Assembly: GCA_018662925.1 (NCBI GenBank)
Contig: JABJFC010000086.1
Span: 50 to 64,049 of the forward strand
Source of the DNA: Alphaproteobacteria bacterium
GTDB lineage: Bacteria; Pseudomonadota; Alphaproteobacteria; 16-39-46; JABJFC01
Length of the DNA stretch: 64,000 bases
Direction: 5' to 3'
Of this stretch, positions 28,570-39,691 are shown in pieces; position 1 is the first letter of the stretch; the number at the start of each line of letters is the position of its first letter. A program made the translations under genes and the position numbers. The notes below the pieces were generated by a model that saw only the letters and a program-made list of their open reading frames with translations, was not told the origin of the DNA and did no database searches.

Positions 28570-31500
28570 TTATGCTACTTTTAGTCGAGAGTACAGAGAG
28601 CTGTTTTTGACAGATGTGTAAATAACAGGAATGACGAAGAGTGTTAAAACAGTCCCCAAGAGCAGCCCACCTACGAGGACGCAACCTATGGCAAAACGAG
28701 CCTCACTCCCTGCCCCACTGGATATTAAGAGTGGAATCGTTCCAAAGACCATGGCCCCTGTCGTCATTAAGATCGGACGAAAGCGAAGTACGGATGCTTC
28801 GCGAATGGCTTCTGAAGCTTGTTTTCCTTCGTTACACAATTGATTCGCAAAGGTAACCAAAAGAATCCCATGTTTGGTGATAAGCCCCACAAGAGTGATT
28901 AATCCAATCTGGGTAAAAATGTTCAGACTCTGCCCAAAGAGCCATAAGGTTAAGAGAGCGCCACAACACGCCAGCGGTACTGTAAACATTATCATTAGAG
29001 GATCGGTAAAACTTTCGAATTGTATGGCCAAAATAGAATAGATGAAGATAAGGGCAATCCCGAAAAGGATCATCATTTCAACAAAAGACTCCTGATACTT
29101 TTCGGCCGCTCCCGTAAAGGCAACCGAGTACCCAGATGGAAAAGTTGAGTCGACTTTCTTTTTCAAATAGTCCACAGCTGCAGCAAAATCTTGGCCGGGC
29201 TTAAGCGTAGCACTAAAGGTTGTGGATCGCATTTGGTTCACATGCTCTAAAGACTGGGGCAAACCAACTTCCTCTAAAGTCGCAAATGATGCCAGTGAAA
29301 CACGAGCGCCCTCTTTATTAGAAACATATACTTCGCTCAAATCTTGAGGGCTATCTTGCCCCGTGAGTCGAACATCATATTTCTGACCTTCTTTGTAAAA
29401 CGACGTGGACTTGGCACGATCAAGAAAAATTTCCAGCGCTTTAGAGATATCTTCTGGTTCAAAGTCAGCTTTGGCCATTTTCTGACGATCAATCACACAA
29501 TTGTACCCCGGTTCTCCTAGCTTCAATCTATGATATACGCTTTTAAAAACACCATCATCACGGCATTCTTTCGTAAATTTTTCGATACGATTTAAGAGTT
29601 CTTCATAGGTCCCAACGGTTAAGACGTAGAGAGTAATATCTGAATCCTCTCCCATCCCTTCCAGCCCAGGAAGACCGCTATCCCAATTCCAAACATGTGT
29701 TGAAACCGTCGGAATGACCCTAACTTTTTCTCGCAAATCTTCCGTAATCTGTCCAGCAGACCGCCCTCTATCTGACCAACTCTTCAACGGAAGAACAACA
29801 TTCCCACCCCAATCTCCGATAAAAGTTAGATTTTGCTTTGCTTCAGGAACATCTTTAACGAGAGTTTCAGCCTTTTTAACGTACTCGTCCATAACTTCTT
29901 TAGAACTTGCCGTAAGCGGTTCCATAAAGACTCCCAGAACCCCACGATCTTCTTTAGGCGCCAATTCTCCTGGCAGAATCTTAAAAAAGACGACGCATAA
30001 CGCTAAAAGAAGGCAAGCTCCCCCCATAATCCACCTGGGATATAACATCACACGGCCAAGTAAATTCTTATAGTTGTCTGTCAGTCTTTGGATGAAATTG
30101 GAGATGGATGGGAGAACTTCTCCATTATGTGCCCTCAGAATGTTGGAGCACATCATAGGAGACAGTGTTAGTGCAACCACTCCAGAAACTAGAACAGCTC
30201 CGGCCAGCGCCACAGCGAACTCAACAAAAATTTGACCCATAGCTCCCTGCATGAACGCAATGGGGGCATATACACTTGCTAGAGTGCCTGTCATAGCCAC
30301 GATAGCGAAGCTAATCTCCTTGCTGCCCTTCTTAGCCGCCTCCTGTGGAGACATCCCCGCCTCCACATGACGGAATATATTTTCCAACACCACAATGGCA
30401 TCATCAACTACCAGGCCAATTGCCAAAACAAGTGCCAACAACGTTATGGTATTTATGGAGAATCCGAAAAGGGAAAGAATCGCAAATGTTCCCAAAACGG
30501 ACACAGGAATGGTCACAAGAGGAATCAATGAGGCTCTTAGATTCCGTAAGAAAAGGAAAATAATAAGCAGCACCAAAACAACGGCTTCAATCAAAGAATT
30601 TTTGATGCTGCTCAGAGAGGCTCTGATAAAATCAGCATCATCTTTCACGATTTCAGCATAGACACCTTCAGAAAGATTTTTTTGAAGCCCAGGCAGAATC
30701 TCACGAACATCCCGTGAGATTTCCAGCGGATTCCCGTCTCCTGCCCTTTTGATGCCTAACAAAATACCCGGGTTGCCATTCACCCGAATTCGCCAAGAAT
30801 CGTCATCTTTAAGTCGGATATCAGCAACATCTCTAAGAAAGACAACATCTCCATCCTTTTGTTTCACAACAATGGACCCAAAATCCTCATCGGACTTCGC
30901 TTTTAAATCCATTGTAACGGGAATTTCCCCAGCAAGCTTTCCAGAGGGAAGTGCCACGTTATGGTCTTCCAAGGCTTTGGATATCCCTTTTGGGGTTACG
31001 CCGAAAGAGAACATTTTTAGACGATCCAAAGCAATTTCCATGACATAGGGACGCCCTATGACATCCACGGAAGCCACCCCAGAGAGGCTTCTAAAAGCAT
31101 TTTTGAGGTGCAAGTTTGCCAGGTGAGTTAAGTCCGAAGATTCAAGATGATCACTGGTGAGAGAAACATATATGAGCGCCTGAGTCTCATTTGCTTCTTG
31201 TCGAATCTTTGGATCTTGAACATCTTTGGGCAAATCACTCTTTATCTGTGCAAGAGATTCACGGACTTTAGAAAGGACAGAGTTGACGGAAGTGCCCTCT
31301 TTAAATTTGAGACGAACTTCCGATTCCCCTTCTTTAGAAGAAGAGGCCATCAACGAAAGATTCGGGACTTCAGCAAGGGCATCCTCAACAAGAAACGTCA
31401 CTTCAGACTCAATGACCTGTGGGCTTGCATTGGGATAAGAGATACGAACAGTTAAAGAAGGGGTAGATACCTCCGGGTATTCACGTACCGTCAGGCTACG

Positions 31501-31587
31501 ATATGACAAAAGCCCAACCACGATGAATAACACATTCAACACAATGGCAAAAATTGGTCGCTTAATGAAAAACTCTGAAATCGTCAT
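28570..31587 (-). CDS. RND efflux transporter, AcrB/HAE1 family
   Basis: 1005 aa; 12-TM RND architecture with two large periplasmic loops. Confidence 0.85.
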   Translation of the reverse strand: MTISEFFIKRPIFAIVLNVLFIVVGLLSYRSLTVREYPEVSTPSLTVRISYPNASPQVIESEVTFLVEDALAEVPNLSLMASSSKEGESEVRLKFKEGTSVNSVLSKVRESLAQIKSDLPKDVQDPKIRQEANETQALIYVSLTSDHLESSDLTHLANLHLKNAFRSLSGVASVDVIGRPYVMEIALDRLKMFSFGVTPKGISKALEDHNVALPSGKLAGEIPVTMDLKAKSDEDFGSIVVKQKDGDVVFLRDVADIRLKDDDSWRIRVNGNPGILLGIKRAGDGNPLEISRDVREILPGLQKNLSEGVYAEIVKDDADFIRASLSSIKNSLIEAVVLVLLIIFLFLRNLRASLIPLVTIPVSVLGTFAILSLFGFSINTITLLALVLAIGLVVDDAIVVLENIFRHVEAGMSPQEAAKKGSKEISFAIVAMTGTLASVYAPIAFMQGAMGQIFVEFAVALAGAVLVSGVVALTLSPMMCSNILRAHNGEVLPSISNFIQRLTDNYKNLLGRVMLYPRWIMGGACLLLALCVVFFKILPGELAPKEDRGVLGVFMEPLTASSKEVMDEYVKKAETLVKDVPEAKQNLTFIGDWGGNVVLPLKSWSDRGRSAGQITEDLREKVRVIPTVSTHVWNWDSGLPGLEGMGEDSDITLYVLTVGTYEELLNRIEKFTKECRDDGVFKSVYHRLKLGEPGYNCVIDRQKMAKADFEPEDISKALEIFLDRAKSTSFYKEGQKYDVRLTGQDSPQDLSEVYVSNKEGARVSLASFATLEEVGLPQSLEHVNQMRSTTFSATLKPGQDFAAAVDYLKKKVDSTFPSGYSVAFTGAAEKYQESFVEMMILFGIALIFIYSILAIQFESFTDPLMIMFTVPLACCGALLTLWLFGQSLNIFTQIGLITLVGLITKHGILLVTFANQLCNEGKQASEAIREASVLRFRPILMTTGAMVFGTIPLLISSGAGSEARFAIGCVLVGGLLLGTVLTLFVIPVIYTSVKNSSLYSRLKVA

Positions 31588-31590
31588 GGG

Positions 31591-32619
31591 TTACACTTCG
31601 CTGGTATAAATCTTTACAGGCTGGGTATCATGGAGGCTTCTCTGGCCTCTAAGAATTACCTGCTCTCCTTCTGACAAGCCTTCTATTACCTCTACCGAGT
31701 CTTGCGTTTGCAGACCCAATTTCACGGGAAGAAGCACTGCCTTTTCTTCCCTTACTGAATACACATGGGACGTTCCATTATTCAAAAAGACAGCTTCTTT
31801 TGGCAAAACAAGGACATCATGCTTTGTCTGAAGTTCCACTTCCATAGTAGTCGCCGCACCCATAATCGAGGGGAAAGACACTAAGTTTGCCTTGCCAGCC
31901 CCCATATGGGTCTTTGTATCTAGAACCATTTGGAACGAAGCAATACTCCCTTCAACAGCACCAACATGTACTTTCTGGCCTACGGAAAGTTGAGATAAAA
32001 TAGATTCTGGTGCTTCGAACTCCACCACACAGTCTTTGGGATCATAGACTGTGACAATCTCATCGCCTTCCTTTACATAGGCCCCTTCTGCCACTTTAAA
32101 AACACCACAGATGCCATCAAAACTGGCCCTAAACTCTGATTTTCTCAAAGCACCCTTTGAGTCTTCCAATGCTACCTGTGCCTGCAGCAAATCCTTCTTT
32201 CTCTCTTCCACCGCGCGCTCAGAAATATTTCCAGCTTCATACAGTGTTCGCATCCGGTCATAATGCTTTTGCGCGAGACCTTCTGCCGACAGGGCTAACT
32301 CATATTTTCTGGAAAGATCACCATTCCTTAAACTCCCAAGCACCGCACCCTTTTTCACAGACTCACCCTCCTGGGCATACATCATGTATAGAGTGCCATC
32401 CTTTTTTGCTTTCAGAGTCGTTCTCTTCTTGGCCTGAATCGTCCCTAACATCCTTCCCGTAAGCGTGATGGATCCTAAGCTTACCTTCACCACTTCTATG
32501 GTTTTAGGCTTCTCCTTAGTATCCTTTCCCCCGCCAAAAAAAGTAGGGAGGACAAAAGCACAAAAAGCCACACCCAAGCATGATAAAATCAGAATAGATC
32601 TTAATTTAATTTTCGACAT
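31591..32619 (-). CDS. RND efflux membrane fusion protein (periplasmic adaptor)
   Basis: 342 aa; signal/TM anchor, coiled-coil hairpin, lipoyl and beta-barrel domains; 4 nt upstream of the RND pump. Confidence 0.8.
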   Translation of the reverse strand: MSKIKLRSILILSCLGVAFCAFVLPTFFGGGKDTKEKPKTIEVVKVSLGSITLTGRMLGTIQAKKRTTLKAKKDGTLYMMYAQEGESVKKGAVLGSLRNGDLSRKYELALSAEGLAQKHYDRMRTLYEAGNISERAVEERKKDLLQAQVALEDSKGALRKSEFRASFDGICGVFKVAEGAYVKEGDEIVTVYDPKDCVVEFEAPESILSQLSVGQKVHVGAVEGSIASFQMVLDTKTHMGAGKANLVSFPSIMGAATTMEVELQTKHDVLVLPKEAVFLNNGTSHVYSVREEKAVLLPVKLGLQTQDSVEVIEGLSEGEQVILRGQRSLHDTQPVKIYTSEV

Positions 32620-32768
32620 CGACTACTTTTCCTAATACTAGCCGCGCAGACTAACAGAAAAGGGATGCTGATCAAAGTTTTTTATTTGTGGTGCAGAATG
32701 TGGGAGGGAATATGGTTGAGCATGCGAAGAGAGTTCGGTGTTATGTAAATCTGAAAACCTTTCATTTT

Positions 32769-32955
32769 TACATTGAAATCTCGGCTAGCGTCACCGAGAT
32801 TTCAATGTAATCAATATTTTATATATTTATCAAAAGATTATATTTGAAATTGTGATCATCTTTAACAAATTATGTAACTAAAATCACAAATTATCCCACT
32901 TTTTTAAATATTCTTCCTTGAAAATTCGGTGGACACCACCGAGATTTCAATGTAA
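32769..32955. repeat. perfect 16-bp-arm palindrome plus a direct-repeat copy 127 bp downstream (operator or MITE-like element)
   Basis: tacattgaaatctcgg-ctagcgtca-ccgagatttcaatgta at 32769-32809; 19-bp caccgagatttcaatgtaa repeated at 32937-32955, ending 10 bp before the start codon of the DUF4143 ATPase. Confidence 0.7.
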
Positions 32956-32964
32956 ACTTGATAA

Positions 32965-34131
32965 ATGGAAAGAAAACAATATATTGAACGCATATCAAAA
33001 TATTTTAAATCCCATCAAATAGTAGGGCTTTTGGGACCGAGACAGTGTGGGAAAACGACCCTTGCACGTAAATATGCAAATATCCAGAATTCAGCAAATA
33101 GAGAAAATTACTTCGATTTGGAGGATGCTCGAGATTACGAAAGGTTGCAAAAACCTCAGCTGGTGTTAGAAAAATTAGAAGGATTAGTCATCATTGATGA
33201 AATTCAATTGATGCCAAGTTTATTTGCAACTCTGCGTGTTCTTGTTGATCGTGAAGATTCTAAGGCTCGTTTTCTAATTTTAGGAAGCGCTTCACGAGAG
33301 CTTATAAATAAGTCAGCCGAGACCTTAGCCGGACGAATTGCCTACATTGAATTACCGCCCTTTTCCTACCTGGAAACACATAATTTAGATAAGTTATGGC
33401 TCCGCGGTGGCTTCCCTAGATCCTATTTGGCTCCAAATATAGAGGAAAGCAATGATTGGAGAGAATTTTATATAACAACTTTTCTGGAACAAGATATTCC
33501 TAATCTAGGAATCCAGATCCCTGCTGTATCATTGAGACGCTTTTGGACAATGTTGGCCCATTATCATGGAAATATATTTAATGCCTCCGAATTTGGACGT
33601 TCCTTCGGAAGTGCAGATACCACTATTCGCAAATATCTCGACATCCTTACGGGCACCTTTATGGTTCGGCAGCTGCAGCCCTGGCAAGAAAACATTAAAA
33701 AACGACAAGTGAAGGCGCCGAAAATTTATTTTCGTGATAGCGGATTATTACATACGTTGTTAAATATTTTTAGTGAGTATGACCTTCAAACTAATCCAAA
33801 GCTTGGAGCCTCATGGGAAGGATTTGCCTTAGAAGAAGTTGTTCGGGTTCGCCAAGTAAAACCTCACCACTGTTACTTTTGGGCCACTCATACGGGTGCG
33901 GAAATCGACTTGCTGATTTTTGAGGGAAATAACAAGAAAGGATTTGAGTTCAAATACACAGACGCTCCTAAAATGACCAAGTCCATGAGGATTACTAGTG
34001 CAGACTTAGCCCTTGATGAAATGACGGTTATTTATCCTGGAGCCGTGGATTATCAGCTGGACGACAAAATATATGTCAAAGGGCTTAAGCAGTATCTAGA
34101 AGAAAATTCCACGCTAAATTTGCACGCTTAG
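32965..34131 (+). CDS. AAA-family ATPase (AAA_14 plus DUF4143-type)
   Basis: 388 aa; Walker A GPRQCGKT, Walker B VIIDEIQ; domain layout typical of AAA_14/DUF4143 ATPases. Confidence 0.7.
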   Translation: MERKQYIERISKYFKSHQIVGLLGPRQCGKTTLARKYANIQNSANRENYFDLEDARDYERLQKPQLVLEKLEGLVIIDEIQLMPSLFATLRVLVDREDSKARFLILGSASRELINKSAETLAGRIAYIELPPFSYLETHNLDKLWLRGGFPRSYLAPNIEESNDWREFYITTFLEQDIPNLGIQIPAVSLRRFWTMLAHYHGNIFNASEFGRSFGSADTTIRKYLDILTGTFMVRQLQPWQENIKKRQVKAPKIYFRDSGLLHTLLNIFSEYDLQTNPKLGASWEGFALEEVVRVRQVKPHHCYFWATHTGAEIDLLIFEGNNKKGFEFKYTDAPKMTKSMRITSADLALDEMTVIYPGAVDYQLDDKIYVKGLKQYLEENSTLNLHA

Positions 34132-34305
34132 CACTCAATTTCACCATAGCCCCCTCTGGAAAGTGTTGCCCCTTCTCTTTGAATTCGATATTGTTTTCAC
34201 AAACTGAGGGGGGCATTAAATAAAACCTTTGCAAAAGTTGCTAAAGGTGGGTATACCCTTTTGAATAGAGTTTAAAGGCCTTAAACCCAAGTATGAGAGT
34301 CAAAT

Positions 34306-34887
34306 ATGTTTGCAATTATTCGAACGGGCGGAAAACAGTACAAAGTTCAAGCCAATGATAAGATTACCGTTGAAAAATTATCAGCGACACAAGGTGCTAC
34401 TGTTTCCTTAGATCACGTGCTAATGATCGGTGATGGCTCAAAGACCACTGTCGGCACCCCACGTATTGAAGGTGCAAGAGTCCAGGCCGTTGTTGAAGAA
34501 CAGGGCCGCGCAAAAAAGATTATTGTCTTTAAAAAGAAGCGCCGCCATAACTATCGCCGGAAAAAAGGGCACCGCCAGGATCAAACAGTGCTAAGGATTG
34601 TTGAAGTATTGGCTCCCGGAGCAACTGCGAAAAAGACGACAGCCGCTCCAAAGCCCAAGACTGAATCAAAGGAATCCAGCGTGGCAAAAACAGCAGCGAC
34701 GAAAGCCACTGCAACAAAGGCACCCGCAAAAGCACCAGCCAAAACGGCAACGAGTGCACCTACTAAGGCCACGACGAAGGCGCCAGCTAAAAAAGCAGCC
34801 CCCACTAAGAAGTCTGAGACCACAACCGCTAAGAAGCCCGCAGCCAAAAAGCCTGCTGCTAAAGCTTCTCCGGCGAAGAAAAAGTAG
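34306..34887 (+). CDS. rplU: 50S ribosomal protein bL21 with roughly 90-aa Ala/Lys/Thr/Pro-rich C-terminal extension
   Basis: N-terminal 103 aa is canonical L21 ([14 protein letters not shown]...); the C-terminus is AKP-rich and low-complexity, histone H1-like. Confidence 0.9.
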   Translation: MFAIIRTGGKQYKVQANDKITVEKLSATQGATVSLDHVLMIGDGSKTTVGTPRIEGARVQAVVEEQGRAKKIIVFKKKRRHNYRRKKGHRQDQTVLRIVEVLAPGATAKKTTAAPKPKTESKESSVAKTAATKATATKAPAKAPAKTATSAPTKATTKAPAKKAAPTKKSETTTAKKPAAKKPAAKASPAKKK

Positions 34888-34911
34888 TTTATTCGAAAAG
34901 GAGTTTGAAAG

Positions 34912-35169
34912 ATGGCACATAAGAAAGCTGGCGGTAGTTCCAGGAACGGTCGCGATTCAGCAGGTCGCCGCCTCGGCATCAAAAAGTACGGTGGTGAATC
35001 CGTTCTTGCTGGCAATATTATTGCCCGCCAGCGTGGAACCAAATACTACCCAGGACAGAATGTCGGCATGGGGAAAGATCACACCTTATTTGCTCTCACA
35101 GAGGGTAAGGTTAAATTTTTGCACAAAGCTCAGGGCCGAACCTACGTTGCCATTGAATCTGCAAACTAA
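34912..35169 (+). CDS. rpmA: 50S ribosomal protein bL27
   Basis: 85 aa; [16 protein letters not shown] signature. Confidence 0.95.
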   Translation: MAHKKAGGSSRNGRDSAGRRLGIKKYGGESVLAGNIIARQRGTKYYPGQNVGMGKDHTLFALTEGKVKFLHKAQGRTYVAIESAN

Positions 35170-35194
35170 CGGTTAAGTTTATAAGTAATACCCA

Positions 35195-35226
35195 GGGGGA
35201 ATGGCATGCTGTTCCCCCTTTTGTTT
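35195..35226 (+). terminator. Rho-independent terminator after rpmA
   Basis: gggggaa-tggcatgctg-ttccccc followed by ttttgtttg. Confidence 0.6.
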
Positions 35227-35257
35227 GTCTCCATATAGTTTACTTTTTATATAGTAA

Positions 35258-36274
<1,017 letters not shown>

Positions 36275-36294
36275 TGATTATTCACATAACAAAG

Positions 36295-36600
36295 CAGACA
36301 ATTGAGTCCACGCGTCAGATCCCCTGAAGCATTAATCTTGGCCACACTGCAACGTATGAGGCTGAGTTCTGGCTTCCAGCTGATGCCTGGATCCCGCGCT
36401 CATAAGAAATCCTAAGGCGCGCCTCCGGCTTGCCAAATATTTCTAATGGCCGGGAAGACGATAAAAACGCCGTCTTCCCGGAGCCTAGGAACTCTAGACG
36501 AACCGGCGTCTTAAGCCGGTGAGTCCTAGAGTGAGTTGGCATCGCGGGATCCATAAAATCAGAGGGAAAAGAACGGATTTCAGAGAACTGAAAAACGCCT
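36295..36600. ncRNA. GC-rich structured intergenic element (candidate ncRNA or palindromic repeat element); identity unresolved
   Basis: Perfect 10-bp long-range inverted repeat ggatcccgcg/cgcgggatcc (36378-36387, 36541-36550) enclosing nested hairpins (ccgggaagacg/cgtcttcccgg; ccggc/gccgg); roughly 55-60% GC in a roughly 40% GC background. Confidence 0.3.
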
Positions 36601-36631
36601 TGTATCAACCATTAAATCTGATCTCTGATAG

Positions 36632-36663
36632 AAAAACCCCCAAGATCACTCTCGGGGGTCTTT
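36632..36663. terminator. bidirectional Rho-independent terminator (serves pal on the minus strand and the obgE/ncRNA side on the plus strand)
   Basis: aaaaa-cccccaaga-tcac-tctcggggg-tcttt: GC hairpin flanked by an A-tract and a T-tract. Confidence 0.6.
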
Positions 36664-36693
36664 CATGTCCATCATCATGTGATAACGGAGAGA

Positions 36694-37176
36694 TTATTGA
36701 TCCAACGTTATGATAGTCGTACGATTCTGTGCATAAGCAGCCTCAGTTGATCCCTCAACTATGGGGCGCTCCTTACCATAACTAATTGTTTCTATGCGTC
36801 TAGGATCGATACCAAGCGCTACCAAGTAATTCTTGTGAGAATCAGCTCGACGCTGTCCTAATGCTAGGTTGTATTCCTGTGTGCCGCGTTCGTCACAATG
36901 ACCCGAGATACTAAGATCCACATCATCATATGCCTTAAGCCATTCAGCCTGACGCTCAATAGTTTCCTGAGATTCTGCATTCAAATTATACATATCAAAT
37001 GCATAAAATGCGCGATCTCCAGCCTCAATAGCAAAGTCCGCCTGACTCCCTGGAAGAACTTCTTCCTCAAAAGCCATATAAGGAGCATCCCATTCGCCCC
37101 TATCTTCATCATCTGATCCACAAGCAGCTATAGCTACTGCTAGTAATGAAACTGAAGCGATTTTCTTTAAATCCAT
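36694..37176 (-). CDS. pal: peptidoglycan-associated lipoprotein Pal (OmpA family)
   Basis: 160 aa; lipobox IAACGS; OmpA-like C-domain; downstream of tolB. Confidence 0.85.
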   Translation of the reverse strand: MDLKKIASVSLLAVAIAACGSDDEDRGEWDAPYMAFEEEVLPGSQADFAIEAGDRAFYAFDMYNLNAESQETIERQAEWLKAYDDVDLSISGHCDERGTQEYNLALGQRRADSHKNYLVALGIDPRRIETISYGKERPIVEGSTEAAYAQNRTTIITLDQ

Positions 37177-37299
37177 TCTTCTTATCCCTTTCTTAATTCC
37201 TTACTTTTCCGAGCCGTCCCCATCAGCATTCTGGTGATCAATGGATGCTCCATTCCCTAACTATAATCCCAATTTCCTTTTGAATCAACAAGGTTTTCA

Positions 37300-38643
37300 C
37301 TAAACCTTATTTAGAAATGACCACGCTGGTGCCGATCCATGGGTTGGTGTCGCTATGATCCTTTCATTGCGGCCTGTTATATCAATGGAATACAGCTTAC
37401 TATTACCACCTCTTCCCCTTCGATCGGAGGGCGTCTGACGGGTATAAACGATAACGCGCCCATTTGGTGCCCATGTTGGACCTTCTACAATGAATCCTGA
37501 CGTTAATAAGCGCTCTCCGCTCCCATCAGGTTTCATAACACCTATATAAAACTGTTTATTATGAATCTTTGTGAATGCAATTAAATCACCTCTAGGAGAC
37601 CAGACAGGCGTTGCATAGCGCCCCTCTCCTTTGCTGATTCGCTGAATTCCTCGTCCATTTGAACCCATAACATAGATGTGATATCTCCCACCTCGGTCCG
37701 AATTAAAAGCAATTTTGGATCCATCCGGAGAATACGAAGGCGACGTATCGATTCCCGGAGAGTTCGTGAGTTTCACGACCTTATTTGTTTTTAAATCAAT
37801 GGTATAGATAGATGAAAGCCCTTTGAGAGACTGGCTCATGATAACTTTTTTCCCATCGGGAGAAAATCGAGGGGCAAATGTCATCCCAGGAAAATCACCC
37901 AAAAGTTTCTTTTGTTGGGTATTTAGATCCATCAAATAGACACGCGGAGTATTTTTGGCATAGGACATATAGGTTATCAGCCGATCCGTTGTTGAAAAAC
38001 GTGGCGTCAAAGTAAGATGGTCTCCTGGCGTAAGAAATTGGTGATTCGCGCCATCCTGATCCATAATAGCTAAACGACGCGTATTCTTTTTCTTGTTAGG
38101 TGCCGTTTCAGAAACATAGACAAGCTGCGTATCAAAATAGCCATCTTCCCCAGTAAGTCTCTTATATATGGCATCTGAAATCCGGTGGGCTATCCGGCGC
38201 CATCCGTCCTTACTTGAGGTGTAGGCAATGCCCTCTATCTGACGTTGGGAAAATACATCCCAAAGTCGGAATTCCACACGCATCTTACCGGGGCCCATTC
38301 CAATCACCCTCCCCGTCACAAGCGCCTGGGCCTTTATAAGACGCCAATCAGGAAACCTAGGCATCTCTTTAATTTTCTGAGGATCTTCAATAAAGGATCT
38401 ATGATCAATAGCATGAAAAAGACCCGAGTTTTCCATATCATCTGATACAATTTTGGAGATCTCCTTCCCCATGCCTTTCCAGTTTGAGTCTTCCTGAAAG
38501 TTGGGAATCGCAATGGGAAGCGGGTCTACATTTCCTTGCGTAACCTCAACAATAAGCTCGGCCTTTGCAGGAGAGACCAAGAGTTCCCCTTGTCCCAAAA
38601 GAAGCCCCACAAAAATTAAAATCTGAAAAAGTTTTCGAATCAT
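37300..38643 (-). CDS. tolB: Tol-Pal system beta-propeller protein TolB
   Basis: 447 aa; signal peptide, N-domain, repeated propeller blades (SP.FSPDG, SP.YSPDG, TP.WSP). Confidence 0.9.
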   Translation of the reverse strand: MIRKLFQILIFVGLLLGQGELLVSPAKAELIVEVTQGNVDPLPIAIPNFQEDSNWKGMGKEISKIVSDDMENSGLFHAIDHRSFIEDPQKIKEMPRFPDWRLIKAQALVTGRVIGMGPGKMRVEFRLWDVFSQRQIEGIAYTSSKDGWRRIAHRISDAIYKRLTGEDGYFDTQLVYVSETAPNKKKNTRRLAIMDQDGANHQFLTPGDHLTLTPRFSTTDRLITYMSYAKNTPRVYLMDLNTQQKKLLGDFPGMTFAPRFSPDGKKVIMSQSLKGLSSIYTIDLKTNKVVKLTNSPGIDTSPSYSPDGSKIAFNSDRGGRYHIYVMGSNGRGIQRISKGEGRYATPVWSPRGDLIAFTKIHNKQFYIGVMKPDGSGERLLTSGFIVEGPTWAPNGRVIVYTRQTPSDRRGRGGNSKLYSIDITGRNERIIATPTHGSAPAWSFLNKV

Positions 38644-38829
38644 TCCTTTATCCCATACATGTACTCACCTGTTATTTAGTGGTACGGGGAAAGTCCTCCC
38701 AAGACAAGACCGTTTCATCATTTTTTAACTCTATGGGATCATGGCGGGAAAAAGGCACTCAAAACAATGGGCTAAGTTGCCAAAGTATGTTATAAGTATA
38801 GGTAACAGGGATAAAAAATAGGCAATTTT

Positions 38830-39684
38830 ATGTATGGGAGATTATCTCTTGCCCTGAAATGGGTAAGCCTCATAGTTTATGCTACACTGATCCAGCTACA
38901 CACAGCCCAGAGTGCTCCCAAAGTGGCGGCACTTTGCCATACCCCAATTGCAAAATGGGAGTCACAATCGGGAATCCCTGCCCAACTCCTTCTCTCCATA
39001 GGAATTGCTGAATCAGGCAAGTACACGAAAGGAAAGGTTGTTGTCTGGCCTTGGACTATCGGTACAAAGAAAGCGGGGTACTATCTGTCTAGCAAGGACG
39101 AAGCCATTAAAAAAGTGAAAGCACTACAAGCCCAGGGAGTCAAAAGCATTGATGTGGGATGTATGCAAATCAATCTTAAATATCATCCAACAGCCTTTCA
39201 GAATCTGGATGAGGCCTTCGATCCAAAGTCAAACGTGGCCTATGCCGCCTCATTTCTGACAGATCTTCATACAGACCTCAAATCCTGGAAAATGGCTGTT
39301 GCCCACTATCACTCTAGCATTAGAAAACATCACGAGAAGTATCGCAACAGAGTCTATGATATATGGTCCACACGACGCCAATCTAAAGAGAATAAAATAT
39401 TCGATAGAAGCTTCTTCAAGCAAGCCGTCTTCCGGGGCAATAGAGTTGACCAGGTTCGCGCCACCAATACACATGCTCAAACACTTGTGATGTACACCTC
39501 TAATATTTCAACTCACCCTTTAAGAAACGTCGTAGTTCGTCCTATTTCCGAAGTTCCTCCGAAACCTAAGTTACAAAAAGCCAACTTTAAGAAAAAAACT
39601 TTGCCGCCCCTCCATGCAAAAACACTCTTTGGAGAAACAAAGACGGGATACAAGGCCGCATACTTCTATCTAGGAGCACGATAG
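38830..39684 (+). CDS. lytic transglycosylase (SLT domain) protein
   Basis: 284 aa; signal peptide; AESGK catalytic Glu motif and GCMQIN (SLT family GLMQ-type motif). Confidence 0.55.
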   Translation: MYGRLSLALKWVSLIVYATLIQLHTAQSAPKVAALCHTPIAKWESQSGIPAQLLLSIGIAESGKYTKGKVVVWPWTIGTKKAGYYLSSKDEAIKKVKALQAQGVKSIDVGCMQINLKYHPTAFQNLDEAFDPKSNVAYAASFLTDLHTDLKSWKMAVAHYHSSIRKHHEKYRNRVYDIWSTRRQSKENKIFDRSFFKQAVFRGNRVDQVRATNTHAQTLVMYTSNISTHPLRNVVVRPISEVPPKPKLQKANFKKKTLPPLHAKTLFGETKTGYKAAYFYLGAR

Positions 39685-39691
39685 ACCAATA

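Noticed and set aside
28301-28621. 106-aa ORF spanning the ftsK start region and tRNA-Pro
   Set aside because: Overlaps a well-folded tRNA on the opposite strand. No coding signal.
34529-35176. Several long ORFs (34529-34759 minus, 34581-35042 minus, 34598-35176 plus, 34666-34920 minus) rich in Arg/Gln/Cys overlapping rplU and rpmA
   Set aside because: They are alternative-frame readings of the Ala/Lys/Pro-rich low-complexity rplU tail and of rpmA. The canonical ribosomal-protein frames explain the region.
36378-36550. Possible SRP (4.5S) RNA because a minus-strand stretch (AGGCUCCGGGAAGACGGCG) loosely resembles the domain IV motif AGGUCCGGAAGGAAGCAGC
   Set aside because: Similarity is partial and the surrounding sequence does not reproduce the conserved symmetric or asymmetric loops. 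Kept only as an unresolved structured element pending a covariance-model search.
36315-36713. ORFs 36315-36608 (minus) and 36519-36713 (plus) in the obgE-pal spacer
   Set aside because: They lie within the GC-rich palindromic structured element, whose GC bias creates open frames. Interpreted as an RNA or repeat element, not coding.
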